Part shown: one piece after another, positions 1 through 11,508 of the stretch
Numbering within the stretch: position 1 is the stretch's first letter
Layout: every line of letters begins with the position of its first letter
Sequence record: NC_016571.1
Direction: 5' to 3' (one strand)
DNA: 64,000 nucleotides
Program-made: the position numbers and the translations under genes
The notes under the pieces: model-generated
The model's database searches: none
Told to the model about the DNA's origin: nothing
Seen by the model: only the letters and a program-made list of their open reading frames with translations

Positions 1-903
1 TTAACCCATGTACTTCGGATTAGCGATTGAACGCGCATCTTTGTTCATGATGTCAATCAGACCGTTATTCTGAATACCCTGGAGAGTAGCAGTCGGTTGT
101 TTGAAGCCAGCAGGTGCAGCACGACCACCTGGGTTATGCAGAGGCATACGCTTCATTACAGCACGAGCGATCTCTTTAGCTGCCATGGTATCGAACTCCA
201 TCAGGCCAGTGAATTCAGTATTGATTTCACGTACAGCACCGGAGGCGTTGTCAACATCGAAGCCGAACTCATAGTTCGCACCTTCTTTAGGCATCTGAGC
301 CAGAACGATACAAGCATGACGAACGTCCTGCCAGTTACGCGTTGGTTCAAAGTACACAGACGACATGGAGATTTCATCCAGCAGTAAGTCACCACCATAG
401 TTCAGTGTGATGATTTTCGGGTGGCGAATCACTGGGTCGTTCAGCAGGTAGCTGATCCAGGTATCCATCAGTTTGGAGAAGGATTCACCTTCTGGATCCA
501 GAGCCATGTGGCTAATGGTACCGAACTGACGGGTTGAACCAACAGGGAAGCTCAGGGTAGAACCACCTGCCCAGGTAATGTCATGGTAGTCGACCGATGT
601 ACGGACGGACAGACCCTGCCAGTTACGTGAACGAGTTTCCATGTAAGCACGCAGCAAGCCATGCAGTTCACGACCGCCTGGTAATGCCGAGAATGCCTGT
701 GGGGTTGACAGGTTCACACAGTAAGGACGCTGAGATACGTAAGGTTGTTCCTGAACATAACGGAAGTTGTTCGGAGCAAAGCCATACTCACCACCAAACG
801 CTGCGTTGATAACTGGGGTGTTACCAATATCAAACGCGCGTTTAAAGTCGGCGTTACCTGGCATCAGCGTCAGGTTATCGCGATGCGGATAGTTAGTACT
901 CAT
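1..903 (-). CDS. tail tube protein (phiKZ gp30-like)
   Basis: 300 aa ORF directly downstream of the sheath gene; size and position match phiKZ-like tube genes. Confidence 0.7.
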   Translation of the reverse strand: MSTNYPHRDNLTLMPGNADFKRAFDIGNTPVINAAFGGEYGFAPNNFRYVQEQPYVSQRPYCVNLSTPQAFSALPGGRELHGLLRAYMETRSRNWQGLSVRTSVDYHDITWAGGSTLSFPVGSTRQFGTISHMALDPEGESFSKLMDTWISYLLNDPVIRHPKIITLNYGGDLLLDEISMSSVYFEPTRNWQDVRHACIVLAQMPKEGANYEFGFDVDNASGAVREINTEFTGLMEFDTMAAKEIARAVMKRMPLHNPGGRAAPAGFKQPTATLQGIQNNGLIDIMNKDARSIANPKYMG

Positions 904-915
904 TCTTTATCTTCC

Positions 916-3117
916 TTATTCTGCATTCAGGCTGTCTTCGTTGTACGCTTCCAGCACAGAGTTCAGCATGTAGATACCTTTGCCGAACCACAGACGTGTG
1001 ATAGAGTACATGACAGACTTGGAAGTTGGAGAGTCTTCGCGGAACGAAGGCACGACTTCCCAGTTGGAGATTACAGAACCGAACAGATCACGAATACGTT
1101 TTTCAGCGCCGTCTTTAACGAAGGACAGATATCCTTCTTTACCGAGCTGGGTATCGCCAGAGACCTGAATCCAGATATCCTGGAGGATCTTCTCAACGAC
1201 AACACACTTCCAAACGTTAGTCAGGTCTTTCAGCACACTGTTGATGTTACCATATACAGTAGGCAGCGCCGGACGGCAGAACTGAGATTCAGTGATTGGA
1301 GTTACAGTGATGCAACCCTGGATCAGGTTGTTGGCAGCCGGGTCATCAGCTTCGAACTCAACGAATGGATCGTGAGCGATACGGAGGATACGGTTACCTT
1401 CATGGTCAGGCATGTCAGCCGCATAAATACGACCATCAGCACCACCACCTGCTACTGCGAATGCATACATGTTCTCGATGTTCAGAGAGAAACGACCCCA
1501 GGTAGGTTCGTTGATGTAACGAGCGTCCCAAAGGTTGATAGATGCACGACACGCTTCAGACTTGTATACTTCAGATTCAGGAATCATGACGATACGAGTG
1601 TTCAGCATGGTAGCTGTGGAATACAGTTCGTCCTGAGTTTTCTTACGGAGGTACTCAGTTGCACAAGGTACGACAATAATGTCTTTACGCTTGGACAGGA
1701 ACTGGATCATGATGTCTTTGATCTTCTGATTGTAACCAACGTCCCACATGAAAGAAGAACGGTTACGGATAACGTCTTTAACATCCAGTGAAGTGATGTA
1801 AGTCGTCAGGTAAGCCTCAATCAGCATCTGGTTCATTTCCCAGGCTTGCTTGTGGCTGATTACCAGATCAGGATCGGATACGTCTGCAACCCATGGACCA
1901 TCAATAGCTGGCAGCCAGGTAGTCGGAGCTTCTGGGAACTTACCATCTTTATCAGCGAACGGGTTGATGCCGCCGTTAGATTGCAGATAGTGGTTCATAG
2001 AGAAACGAGAACCGGTTACTTTACCAGCTTGGTCAAAGTTACCACCGAAGACGATGTGTTTGTATGGTTTGCCGTTATGGTTGACCAGATCAAACATGTT
2101 CATGATAGCGTGCTTAGGCAGACGCTTGCTCAGAACGTTCGGAGGTTGGTTAGTTGGATCGTCAGTACCGTATTCAGCAGCGTACAGTTCCTTAGCAACA
2201 TCGCTCAGGTTCTGGGTGTACATGAACACGTCGTCAAACGGTGCATCCTGAACTTCTACAGGACGGTTTACGTTATTACCAGTATACTGGTCGACAGCAA
2301 CCTTCAGGCCGTAACGAGTGTTGAATTCGTTAACAGTGTCGAACATAGTAAAGGTAGTATCCGGGGTACCGTTGATGGTATTAGCCGGAACACGTAAGCC
2401 ATTATCCAGCAGAACACCCATATTAAGGATGAATGGATAAGAACCGTTGGTCTGAACGAAACGAGCTACTTCGTTCCAGTCGGTCTGGAAGTTATGACCG
2501 ATAGAAATCCAGTTAGCGTTGTAAGTGTCACCAATACCACCGATTACTTCGGCCAGCGGATAGAACTTACCGTTAGTCCCTGTAGGGATGCCTGGAGTTT
2601 CATCGGTAGAGGTAACTTCGAATGCTTTCGCTTCGCCAACTTCGCCTTCAGATTTAAGAACGCCCGTGCAGACCCACTTACCAGCGATGGTCGCAGTGGT
2701 TTCATCTACCTTAGGGTTACCAGCAGCATCCAGAACGTAATCGCCGTTACCATCGCGAAGATAGTTAGGGATATCACCGGAGAAAATGGCCAGACCAATA
2801 ATAGTACGAGATTTCGCAGTATTGTTAGTCAGACGCTTGAAGCTGAATGAGGCTTGACCAGCCTGGCCCAGTTTCTGGATCGCGTACGTGACCGGGTTGT
2901 AATAAAGACCGAACGGGTCTGTCGTGTCACCAAACTTTGAAGTAAAGGTGCCAGTCGAAACCGTAGCTCGCTTGGTAGACCCACGAGGGGTTACTGCTGC
3001 GAAGTCCGGAAAGTGAGCAGGAGAGGAGATAACTGGGACCGCAGCCGGGAATGTCTCACGACTTACAATACCTTCATTAACTACTTTACCTGGAATCACT
3101 TTGTTAAAAGTTTCCAT
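916..3117 (-). CDS. tail sheath protein (phiKZ gp29-like)
   Basis: 733 aa; C-terminal half resembles contractile sheath proteins (WDVGY, IMIQFLSKRKD); synteny tube-sheath-virion genes-terminase. Confidence 0.8.
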   Translation of the reverse strand: METFNKVIPGKVVNEGIVSRETFPAAVPVISSPAHFPDFAAVTPRGSTKRATVSTGTFTSKFGDTTDPFGLYYNPVTYAIQKLGQAGQASFSFKRLTNNTAKSRTIIGLAIFSGDIPNYLRDGNGDYVLDAAGNPKVDETTATIAGKWVCTGVLKSEGEVGEAKAFEVTSTDETPGIPTGTNGKFYPLAEVIGGIGDTYNANWISIGHNFQTDWNEVARFVQTNGSYPFILNMGVLLDNGLRVPANTINGTPDTTFTMFDTVNEFNTRYGLKVAVDQYTGNNVNRPVEVQDAPFDDVFMYTQNLSDVAKELYAAEYGTDDPTNQPPNVLSKRLPKHAIMNMFDLVNHNGKPYKHIVFGGNFDQAGKVTGSRFSMNHYLQSNGGINPFADKDGKFPEAPTTWLPAIDGPWVADVSDPDLVISHKQAWEMNQMLIEAYLTTYITSLDVKDVIRNRSSFMWDVGYNQKIKDIMIQFLSKRKDIIVVPCATEYLRKKTQDELYSTATMLNTRIVMIPESEVYKSEACRASINLWDARYINEPTWGRFSLNIENMYAFAVAGGGADGRIYAADMPDHEGNRILRIAHDPFVEFEADDPAANNLIQGCITVTPITESQFCRPALPTVYGNINSVLKDLTNVWKCVVVEKILQDIWIQVSGDTQLGKEGYLSFVKDGAEKRIRDLFGSVISNWEVVPSFREDSPTSKSVMYSITRLWFGKGIYMLNSVLEAYNEDSLNAE

Positions 3118-3223
3118 AGTAAAACCTCATTAATTTTTTTGATCAAAAAAATCAATCGTATGACCCAAAATTCGGGCAGATGGTTAACGTTAACACGCAT
3201 AACATTATTTCAGGACTACAGTT

Positions 3224-4099
3224 ATGATTATAAATGGTTACGACACCACAGTAGGTAGTCGATTTAAAGTAAAGGATAAGGTTTCTGAAACTCTAAAGAT
3301 CTTACAAAGCACTGATAGACTTGACAAAGTTGACAATCGCGGTGTCTTTGCAATCGATCAAAAGAATGACTTCGGTCTTCCTCCTTTTGTATTCCCAATT
3401 TCAGTTTTCAACTATGTTCGGGAACCAATCACAATCATTGACCAACGTACCTACTTTAATAGTCAGGGCCGTAATATCAATGTTCCAGAATACAACGTTA
3501 TGCTTCTTGCTGCTACTTTGCAACAGGACTTACAACGTGGTAATTTGAACCTGGTTAAATCAGTGCGCCCATACACTATCAAAGCATTCGCAAATGCGGT
3601 TGGTAATGCTATTGCTCGTGCGGTTACACTGGACATTCTTCAGAAGATCCAACTGCGCGTTATTCTGGCTCACTATTTCGTTTGCCTGGCTGAGAATCCT
3701 AACGTGGATTACATGTTCATTTCTCAGAACGCGGTTTCCCGTGCCCTCGGTTTACAACAATCACAAGTCCAGGAAGTTATCCAGGACCTGGGTTATTTGG
3801 GTTCATTGGATGATCTCCTGAAAGCTATCAAATCTCATCCTTCCCTGTTTGCTCTGAGTCGCCTTGATATGGGTGGTTTGGTTGCAGCCGGTTCTTCTGT
3901 GTTCTTCTCCACATCTGGCTTTAAGATGTTGATGGGTGCTGCGCTGGAAATGCCAACACTGTTCACCGCTATCTGCTGGGGTGCTGCTACTCAGAAAATC
4001 TATCAGAACACTGCGGTTGGTCAAGAACTGAACGTGAAGACTGATAAGAAGGTAGAAAACTTTATCGCTACTGTTGAGTACTACTTTAACGGTAAATAA
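3224..4099 (+). CDS. virion structural protein (phiKZ gp28-like by synteny)
   Basis: 291 aa ORF, first of three + strand genes between sheath and terminase. Confidence 0.55.
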   Translation: MIINGYDTTVGSRFKVKDKVSETLKILQSTDRLDKVDNRGVFAIDQKNDFGLPPFVFPISVFNYVREPITIIDQRTYFNSQGRNINVPEYNVMLLAATLQQDLQRGNLNLVKSVRPYTIKAFANAVGNAIARAVTLDILQKIQLRVILAHYFVCLAENPNVDYMFISQNAVSRALGLQQSQVQEVIQDLGYLGSLDDLLKAIKSHPSLFALSRLDMGGLVAAGSSVFFSTSGFKMLMGAALEMPTLFTAICWGAATQKIYQNTAVGQELNVKTDKKVENFIATVEYYFNGK

Positions 4100-4123
4100 G
4101 TTCAATCATCTTGGGGTAGACGA

Positions 4124-6934
4124 ATGTCGACTGCATACATGCTTGAGCACACCCAAGAAAAAGCCCCACTTGTTGATTACGCAATTAAAAACATGTGGGG
4201 TAACCCTGAACTTGATTCACAGTTCCAGATTAAACTGGCGCGTGTATCTGGGCCCCAAGGTTTTGTAAACGACTTCGCATACTTAGGTAAGCAGAGATAC
4301 CTGCCTAAGACTTTAACCTTTTTTCATGTCTTCACTTTAGGTGGACTTGATGCTGGTTTCTGGAATTTCGGTAGTCGTGGCAAAAGCTGGTACCCGATGG
4401 ATCAGTGGGTTCGTGCTTCTAACATTGCCACAGATCGTGGCGTTGTAATTGATGTATATAAAGGTGATGGTTCGATGTTCCCTCGTGGTGAGACATATAT
4501 CATGCCTTGCTTCGATGGTGTCACATTAGTCTGTGTTCCTATTAACCCGAACTTCCCGTTACCATTGGATAAGAACCTTTATATCCACTGTTACAGTTCG
4601 GACATTAATACGAAGAACCTGTCTCCAGAAAACAAACGTAAATATACGGTTGCTTATTCTGGCGGTATCTATATCCAACATGAGGATATGGAAAGAGTTA
4701 AGTTAAACTATGACTCTTGGAAAGCCTATGACATGGGAATGGTTGCTTTCTTCCATAACGGTAAGATCGTACCTATCGACTCCATAAGCCTACAGCCGGG
4801 TGATTTGATTGAGGCGTTTTACGACCCTTCCATCGAAATGATCCTGAAGTACAAATACAAATCGATGCCGGACTATTTGTCTGATCTCGATAAGAAAAGA
4901 AAAATCATTCTTTTCCCTGGTTTTGATGATTTACCGAAGATGTATCGTTATTATGACGATTGCCACTTCTATATTACTAACCGTCGGAACAATCATTCTT
5001 ATTACTATCACCGTAATACGGAAGACTCAGTTAGACAGTTAACTCATCAAGACTATGGCATGACTGCCGACTACATTGAGTTCTTGGCTAATCGTCTTAT
5101 TAAGGATGACACAACCAAGAAAACCACAATGGATGATATTGATATCACTGTGGCTTACCATGCGACTCGTTGGCAGTTTAAATTGGGACCAACCTCTTCT
5201 CGCATTAACGATCTGTATTTGTTAGAAGATCATAGCAAGATACTTCAGGCGATGACAGGTTCTAATTCCAATATCACGGAATGGACTGCGATTGAATTAG
5301 AGAAGTCTCCAACTAACAAAGTTCTGAATGCCATCTGTCCTAAGCTGACCACTGAGATGGTTCGTGATGGGTTGGGTTATAATGGGTGTTCTGTTGCGAT
5401 GTCTAACAACGCACACTACATGCCTTGGAAAACTCCAGGGGATCCTGACCATGACCCTATCTATCCAACACCTCCTTATACCTCAGGGCTAGGGTACACC
5501 GTCCCTCCGACGTTTGTAGAGAGTTCTACTGCATACGAGTATGATGCTGATGGATTACTCCTGAGACTGGTTGGAATTACCAACCAAGAGTATTACGCCC
5601 CGGGTGAAGGTTGTACTTATGTGGAATACGCTTTAGGGCGAGCAACCACTTGGCTGGACTACATCATCACCAAGCGTGATGTCAAACTGAAACCTAACTA
5701 TGGCTTCAGAGTCTATAAAGCTAAATGGGCTATCGATCCTAATTGGGAACCTCTCTTCCAGGAAATCCCTGTTAGTACTGATGGTGTTATCCCAAGCCTT
5801 CCTAACGGCGAGGAGATCAGAGCGCTGATGCGTGATGAAATCCCTGAGCAAGTTGATCCTGAATTACCAGAAGGTGGACGCCCAGTCCCTCCATGGATTG
5901 ATATCACTGATGAAGTAGATCAGTGGCACATCGATGGTGACTACCTGGTATGGGATATTGACATGATCAACTGGGTTGGTTTAATTGTGTTTGACTCTGC
6001 TCATTTGTATAATGAGTTTGATCTCTCTCACATCGATAACTCTTTGACCTTTGCCATTACACACCAATGGCCAATCGGTGGTGTACTGCTTCCGATGGAA
6101 CCAGGTCAGATTGATATCTGGATGAACCGACATCCTCTAATTGAGAACGTTGACTATATCTTAGATTTCCCCAATGTCTACATCATCAACAAGATGTGGT
6201 TGGTAGAAGGGAAACAGCATATCCAGTATCGTGGTGTAGGGCTCTCCCGTAATGGGTTGGTTAATACCAGTGAGCTTGGTTTTGTTGCAGATGGTGTTAT
6301 CGGCTATAATGGTCGTTATAACCTCCGCATCGACAGACCAACTAAAACGATTATCAAAGGTCGTCTGTTCTTAACACCGACTGTTGACTGGGCTGAAGAT
6401 ATTCATCATGGTAATAACCTGGTTGGGTTAAATGGTTGGCCTTACGAGGTTAAGCATTATTACTCAGCTAACAAGTATGTAGACAAATGGAATACGTACT
6501 GGGGTTATGATGATGCACGGGCTCTCGATAAGAAGATCTCTGATTACTTAACCATTCATGCAACCTACAAGTCTAATGCTCCTCACAATCCGGTTTATCT
6601 GGATAAAGATAAGTACAGACTTTATAGTCCGTTCCTGAGTCTCATCGTGAACGAGCTATTACTTGGATTCATGACGGCTCCAGTTCCTTCTGGAACAGAG
6701 GTTCCGTATCCTCCAAGACTGGTTGATGAAATCACTCGCCCTTATCAATGGTTGTTGAAATACGATCCGATCATTCTTGGTCTGGACTTGGGATACTTCA
6801 CAGTACACCCTTACAACAACTGGGATAAAGTCACATTAACACCCGACCAACTTACTTTCGTTAAAACCGTCAATGATTTGTTCCTAGATGGGAAACTTAA
6901 GATTGAAGGTCACTTTGAGGTGAAACATGTTTGA
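4124..6934 (+). CDS. virion structural/baseplate protein (phiKZ gp27-like by synteny)
   Basis: 936 aa ORF in the conserved sheath-terminase interval. Confidence 0.55.
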   Translation: MSTAYMLEHTQEKAPLVDYAIKNMWGNPELDSQFQIKLARVSGPQGFVNDFAYLGKQRYLPKTLTFFHVFTLGGLDAGFWNFGSRGKSWYPMDQWVRASNIATDRGVVIDVYKGDGSMFPRGETYIMPCFDGVTLVCVPINPNFPLPLDKNLYIHCYSSDINTKNLSPENKRKYTVAYSGGIYIQHEDMERVKLNYDSWKAYDMGMVAFFHNGKIVPIDSISLQPGDLIEAFYDPSIEMILKYKYKSMPDYLSDLDKKRKIILFPGFDDLPKMYRYYDDCHFYITNRRNNHSYYYHRNTEDSVRQLTHQDYGMTADYIEFLANRLIKDDTTKKTTMDDIDITVAYHATRWQFKLGPTSSRINDLYLLEDHSKILQAMTGSNSNITEWTAIELEKSPTNKVLNAICPKLTTEMVRDGLGYNGCSVAMSNNAHYMPWKTPGDPDHDPIYPTPPYTSGLGYTVPPTFVESSTAYEYDADGLLLRLVGITNQEYYAPGEGCTYVEYALGRATTWLDYIITKRDVKLKPNYGFRVYKAKWAIDPNWEPLFQEIPVSTDGVIPSLPNGEEIRALMRDEIPEQVDPELPEGGRPVPPWIDITDEVDQWHIDGDYLVWDIDMINWVGLIVFDSAHLYNEFDLSHIDNSLTFAITHQWPIGGVLLPMEPGQIDIWMNRHPLIENVDYILDFPNVYIINKMWLVEGKQHIQYRGVGLSRNGLVNTSELGFVADGVIGYNGRYNLRIDRPTKTIIKGRLFLTPTVDWAEDIHHGNNLVGLNGWPYEVKHYYSANKYVDKWNTYWGYDDARALDKKISDYLTIHATYKSNAPHNPVYLDKDKYRLYSPFLSLIVNELLLGFMTAPVPSGTEVPYPPRLVDEITRPYQWLLKYDPIILGLDLGYFTVHPYNNWDKVTLTPDQLTFVKTVNDLFLDGKLKIEGHFEVKHV

Positions 6935-8666
6935 TACTAAACCAATCCCTCCTGGTTCGGGTTCCCCTATTGTTCCGGGGAATACGCCTCAACGTCCCAA
7001 TGAAGGTGACTTGAAGCGAGTATGGTATTTGGATCAGATCTTTGATCCAGACATCCACCCAGTCCAGGATATGCCTAAGTACATTGTTCCTTATGAAGGG
7101 GAACTTGTACACGACGTACCTAATAAACGTATGCTTGAAGTTAAGCACGTTGATAAGTACGCGACATGGAAAACAACGTTTGCTAACTACTTCCTGTTAC
7201 CAGAGAAGTCAGATAGCGACTACGATCTGTTTCCACAGCACGAGTACGGATTCCTGCAAGGTGAGTTGGCCCTGGCCATCGATTACTCTGTACGTCCTCC
7301 AGTTGCTCGTGTTGACGCTAACGCTGTAGCGCCTGATGCTGCTTATGCGTTACTGTATAAAGGTGCGATCATCAGTGAGAAAGGTCAGATCATTTCTGCC
7401 TCTTACTCTGGTCAAGACTTTATCGACAACAAGATTACTGTCTCTCCAGTTGTCATTGATAACTTGGAAAACAAAGTCATTGTTGGATGTAACTCATTTA
7501 GCGTCCAGCTAAACAAGGAAGAGTTAAAGAACGGTACTCGTTGCACTCTGGTTTACTATGATGCAGCAGGTCGTCCTATTCCTCCTACCTATCCGGTAGT
7601 TGTTCAGCAGTGCGCATATCTGCGTGACCATCAGTTATCGAAACGTTATGTTAAGTCTATTGAACTGGTATCACCTTGGTTCACTAATAGCACTAAACCT
7701 AACACTCTGTTCGTCCCAATCAACTTACCGTTGAAACAAGTCGAGTTCAGAGCACGTGTTCACTATAACGATGGGGGTGTTGAAGAACATCCTGTTAACT
7801 CGTTTAACGGAACAAGTGGTTTCTCCCTGCATGGTGTTGATCAATACAAACCGACTACACCAGGTCAGATATCTGATGCAGTCGTATTGACCTACGTGTT
7901 CAAGGAACATGAACAAGCTCTGATTGCCGATCCTGGTCAGCCACGCCATAAGTCCGAAGTATATGAGATTGTCGCTACTCCTTCTAAAGGTGCGTACAGT
8001 CCTCGTATCTACACTTATCCGTATTGGGATGGTGCATCCGGTTGGAAACTTAAACACTTCCTTACCGACCTGGAACGTAAGTACTGTCGTGACGTTACCG
8101 ATCTGGTAACACTGAATGAAGCATCTCCAGTGTTCGAAGGTCTGAAGTACGGTGAAGAACAGCCATTGATCTTCAACCTGAACATGCGTGATGTTTCCGC
8201 TACTTACGAACCATGGGCATTCGTCCAACACACTACCGTTACGCTTTACAACGGTGCGACCTCTGTTGGTCGTAAGTGGGATGTCCGTCACTCTTACAGT
8301 CGTCCTCCGTTCAATAACATGAACCTCGAGTTCTGGACTGAAGTAGGTGGCGTTACTAAGTCTCGCTTCGGTGATGTTACGGATGAAGCAAGCTTCCTGG
8401 ACAAAGGTTATTGGGCATTCGAACCAATGCTGGATCCTCGTGCAGAAGTTAAAGCTCCGGCTGCTACTCACTTCGACATCGTCCGTGTTGATGGCACAGC
8501 TCGTACCGCAATCCCTATCGGGGAATGGGGTAACTTGCCAATCGGAAACATGGCACTGAACAACGGTGAAGGTATCTACATCCGTTGGACTCGTCGTGAT
8601 GCAACTGGTGCTGAACTTCAGCTGGGCGTATCCGCAGCAGTTTGTAAAAAGATCACTGCACCATAA
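6927..8666 (+). CDS. virion structural protein (phiKZ gp26-like by synteny)
   Basis: 579 aa ORF overlapping the previous stop, followed by a terminator hairpin. Confidence 0.55.
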   Translation: MFDTKPIPPGSGSPIVPGNTPQRPNEGDLKRVWYLDQIFDPDIHPVQDMPKYIVPYEGELVHDVPNKRMLEVKHVDKYATWKTTFANYFLLPEKSDSDYDLFPQHEYGFLQGELALAIDYSVRPPVARVDANAVAPDAAYALLYKGAIISEKGQIISASYSGQDFIDNKITVSPVVIDNLENKVIVGCNSFSVQLNKEELKNGTRCTLVYYDAAGRPIPPTYPVVVQQCAYLRDHQLSKRYVKSIELVSPWFTNSTKPNTLFVPINLPLKQVEFRARVHYNDGGVEEHPVNSFNGTSGFSLHGVDQYKPTTPGQISDAVVLTYVFKEHEQALIADPGQPRHKSEVYEIVATPSKGAYSPRIYTYPYWDGASGWKLKHFLTDLERKYCRDVTDLVTLNEASPVFEGLKYGEEQPLIFNLNMRDVSATYEPWAFVQHTTVTLYNGATSVGRKWDVRHSYSRPPFNNMNLEFWTEVGGVTKSRFGDVTDEASFLDKGYWAFEPMLDPRAEVKAPAATHFDIVRVDGTARTAIPIGEWGNLPIGNMALNNGEGIYIRWTRRDATGAELQLGVSAAVCKKITAP

Positions 8667-8675
8667 GTCATATAA

Positions 8676-8705
8676 CCCTCTACTCTCCTTTCGGAGAGTA
8701 GAGGG
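8676..8705. terminator. bidirectional intrinsic terminator
   Basis: CCCTCTACTCTCC-TTTC-GGAGAGTAGAGGG hairpin between convergent genes. Confidence 0.75.
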
Positions 8706-8722
8706 AATTATGATCTTTATTT

Positions 8723-11134
8723 TTATATCATGAATGGCGAACGACGATTCATACCAAAACGAGAACCTTTAGAACGTTTCTCAATTGCTCGTTTATTACG
8801 CTCTTGTTTGGCATTATCAATGATCTCATCGATAGTGATAGTTTTACGCATCTCTTTAGGAATCAATTCCGAAAGTTTACGTATCTCCATTTCAATACGG
8901 GTAGCGAGTGTATTATTATCGGAGGTCATCAATTCCTTCGTCAGATCGTTTATACGCCCACGTATCTTGATGAACATATCCAACTGTGCTTTGTTATACT
9001 TAGGAGCGTCACCGGTGTCCTTAAGCGTCGTAATCTCAGTTAACGTCATTCCCTGAGGAACGTCGTAGAGATGTTTATTGTATCCGAGCTTAATGAACCA
9101 GAAAGTCAGTAACCAAGCAATAACCAAGTCATCGTGTCCGCCTGACTTGTGGTCTATACGCCCATCCTTATCAATCTCCAAACCAATCAGTTCGTCAATC
9201 AATAACTTATATCGAATACCGGCACCAGTAAGCGAGATAGCTTCATGAATAAAGCCATACATCTGTCTACGTGATTCAGGTCCAGTGTGGAATCCAAACT
9301 TACCTTTATAGCGGAGGTAGAATTCCTTACTGCGATACTTAGCGTTCATCTCCATGACTTCTTTGAATTCCCGTTCATAACGAATAGGTTTATCATAGAT
9401 GTCATTAAAGATACGCTTGAATGGATCAATCCCATAAGCTGGCAACATGATCAACAAACGCTCGATCATGTGGGCTGCCCTGTTACGCTCAATGATGAGT
9501 AAGCTATTCGGTATGCGGAGTATCAATTCCTTAAGAACTTCCGTCACGTCATCCATAAAGGCTAGAGGATAACGGCCTGTTGCTATATTCTCACCTGTCC
9601 TCATTCGCCTGAGCACTAATGTCACGGCATCTCGGTTGTTCGCATCCGAGGTATCCATGCCCATCAGTATATATTCATCAGGGTGACCGATTAGAGACTC
9701 AGCCATTTCCTTGCTAATGAACCAGTCAACAAAAAGACCAGTTTCATTAATCTCTTCGCTGTGATCAAACTCCTTCTTACTATCAGCCAGTTTCTCACGG
9801 GTGAAGTCATCGAAGAGTTTGTTCATCCCCTCTTCAGTCCACATCATCAGTAAGTCAATCTTAGCCTTAGACCAAGACAGACCAAGTTTATCCATTGTCT
9901 CCTTAACCCAGGCATGACCGAAGCCGAGTTGGAGGTGGGTAAACATCATACCGATCTTTGGAGATGTGGTAGAGACAGGGGCTGCTTTAATACAACGTTG
10001 TACAAGGTGAGTTTCAGAGAAGCTATCAAAGAACGCTTCACGCCACTCAGTAGATGACATGAAGTCATCATGCATGTACTTACCTTCATCCTTGAGGATG
10101 GAGTTAGGTGTTGTAGCTTTAGCGGTAAAGTAAGGGATGCCTTTCTCACGCGCTTCTTTCTGAGCCGTCAGTGTAGCAGGGCCAGAACCGTTTATAATAC
10201 CTTCAATGTATTTAGTCCATGCTGGTTCGTCATAGAGCAATACTTCAAAGGTAGAACCACGAGATACGTTCTCTGCGCCATCTTCACCACCAGAAGGTAC
10301 ACGTACTTCAAAGGTGTTCTTCTTATCGGGACCATAAGCCTCATAAGTAAGAATGTTACCAGCATCCTTATCTTTATAAGTCATGTTGGTGAGATAAGCT
10401 GGCATAGCCGAGCGCATCTTCTTAACTGCTTCAACGAACTGCATTCGGTTCGATGCTGCAAGTGTAATCAGACCGGAACGGAAACCACGACCCATCAGGT
10501 ATTGCATTACTGTAACGAGTACCTGCATCCCAACTGTCTTACCAGACTGACGAGGCATCAGGATAGTTGTGTTGAGGTGATTCAGGCATGACCAGATGAA
10601 AGAGATTACAGCACGGTTAGCTCGGAAGCGTGAGGAACCGTTGACCTTAATAACTTCACGGATAACGTACCAGATGTTTTCATTACATTCGTTCAAGATC
10701 ATTGAACGTTGTACATCTGTTAAGTTCTCATCCCAAGGATCAAGATCTTTAATCAGCGGGTTGTTAATCTGTAATAAGAAGTAATAGTTCTTAATACCCA
10801 TCTGACGGAAAAGTTCAGCAGTACGCAAGAATGTCTTATTACTTGTCTCTAGATGGACACCGGCACGGTAGCGTTGGAAGTCCTTTAAGAAACGAACTGT
10901 TTTCAAAGTCCAGAGGGTATCTTCTTCATAGTGAGACTGAATTCGGACATCATCGTCTTCTAACTGATGTCTTTTGTTCTTGTCATCCATGAGGTACTCT
11001 GGAAGCTGTGAAGGTTTAAGTCCTAGGTGTGATAGGACCTTCTTAGCAATGTCCAATTGACTCATAGGTAAATCTACCTTGTAATGTTGGTGAACGCTAC
11101 ATAGGGCTTTACAGGAAGCCTGATAGCTTAACAA
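8723..11134 (-). CDS. terL: terminase large subunit (real start probably ATG at 11065)
   Basis: Walker A-like MPRQSGKT, Walker B-like VLLYDE, nuclease acidic motifs GMDTSD and HDDLVIAW; phiKZ gp25 position. Confidence 0.9.
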   Translation of the reverse strand: MLSYQASCKALCSVHQHYKVDLPMSQLDIAKKVLSHLGLKPSQLPEYLMDDKNKRHQLEDDDVRIQSHYEEDTLWTLKTVRFLKDFQRYRAGVHLETSNKTFLRTAELFRQMGIKNYYFLLQINNPLIKDLDPWDENLTDVQRSMILNECNENIWYVIREVIKVNGSSRFRANRAVISFIWSCLNHLNTTILMPRQSGKTVGMQVLVTVMQYLMGRGFRSGLITLAASNRMQFVEAVKKMRSAMPAYLTNMTYKDKDAGNILTYEAYGPDKKNTFEVRVPSGGEDGAENVSRGSTFEVLLYDEPAWTKYIEGIINGSGPATLTAQKEAREKGIPYFTAKATTPNSILKDEGKYMHDDFMSSTEWREAFFDSFSETHLVQRCIKAAPVSTTSPKIGMMFTHLQLGFGHAWVKETMDKLGLSWSKAKIDLLMMWTEEGMNKLFDDFTREKLADSKKEFDHSEEINETGLFVDWFISKEMAESLIGHPDEYILMGMDTSDANNRDAVTLVLRRMRTGENIATGRYPLAFMDDVTEVLKELILRIPNSLLIIERNRAAHMIERLLIMLPAYGIDPFKRIFNDIYDKPIRYEREFKEVMEMNAKYRSKEFYLRYKGKFGFHTGPESRRQMYGFIHEAISLTGAGIRYKLLIDELIGLEIDKDGRIDHKSGGHDDLVIAWLLTFWFIKLGYNKHLYDVPQGMTLTEITTLKDTGDAPKYNKAQLDMFIKIRGRINDLTKELMTSDNNTLATRIEMEIRKLSELIPKEMRKTITIDEIIDNAKQERNKRAIEKRSKGSRFGMNRRSPFMI

Positions 11135-11169
11135 AGGATGGGTTGTTTTAGCTGGAACATATTTCAGAT

Positions 11170-11190
11170 AGATATTACTAAAGTGTGTAA
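11170..11190 (+). promoter_or_regulatory. putative early (virion RNAP) promoter
   Basis: AGATATTAC...TGTA matches a motif recurring upstream of early operons. Confidence 0.5.
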
Positions 11191-11220
11191 CATAAACCTA
11201 TTCAATTAAAGGATACCATC

Positions 11221-11508
11221 ATGTCTACTTTCGAAACTAATGTAAACACCAATGACACTACCGTGGAGTGGGTGGTTGAGAGTAAAGGCGATTACCTTAA
11301 AGGTGATTGTGAAATCTCTGCTGTAATCAAGGGAACTCATGGGCATACGTCATGGGGGTGGCCAGATGATGAGAGTAAGATCATTGTGCTTAGTTGTAAC
11401 AATCAAAGATCCAAACCATTACCCATCGACCCTCGCATTATCGCTGCTGCCGAATCAGTGGCATTGGAAATTGTTAACGAAAAGAATGCTGAACAAAAAG
11501 TCAATTAA
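11221..11508 (+). CDS. hypothetical protein
   Basis: 95 aa ORF with AAGGA RBS, own promoter motif and terminator. Confidence 0.7.
   Translation: MSTFETNVNTNDTTVEWVVESKGDYLKGDCEISAVIKGTHGHTSWGWPDDESKIIVLSCNNQRSKPLPIDPRIIAAAESVALEIVNEKNAEQKVN

Noticed and set aside
745-2397. long antisense ORFs over the tail sheath gene
   Set aside because: shadow frames from strong codon bias of a highly expressed gene
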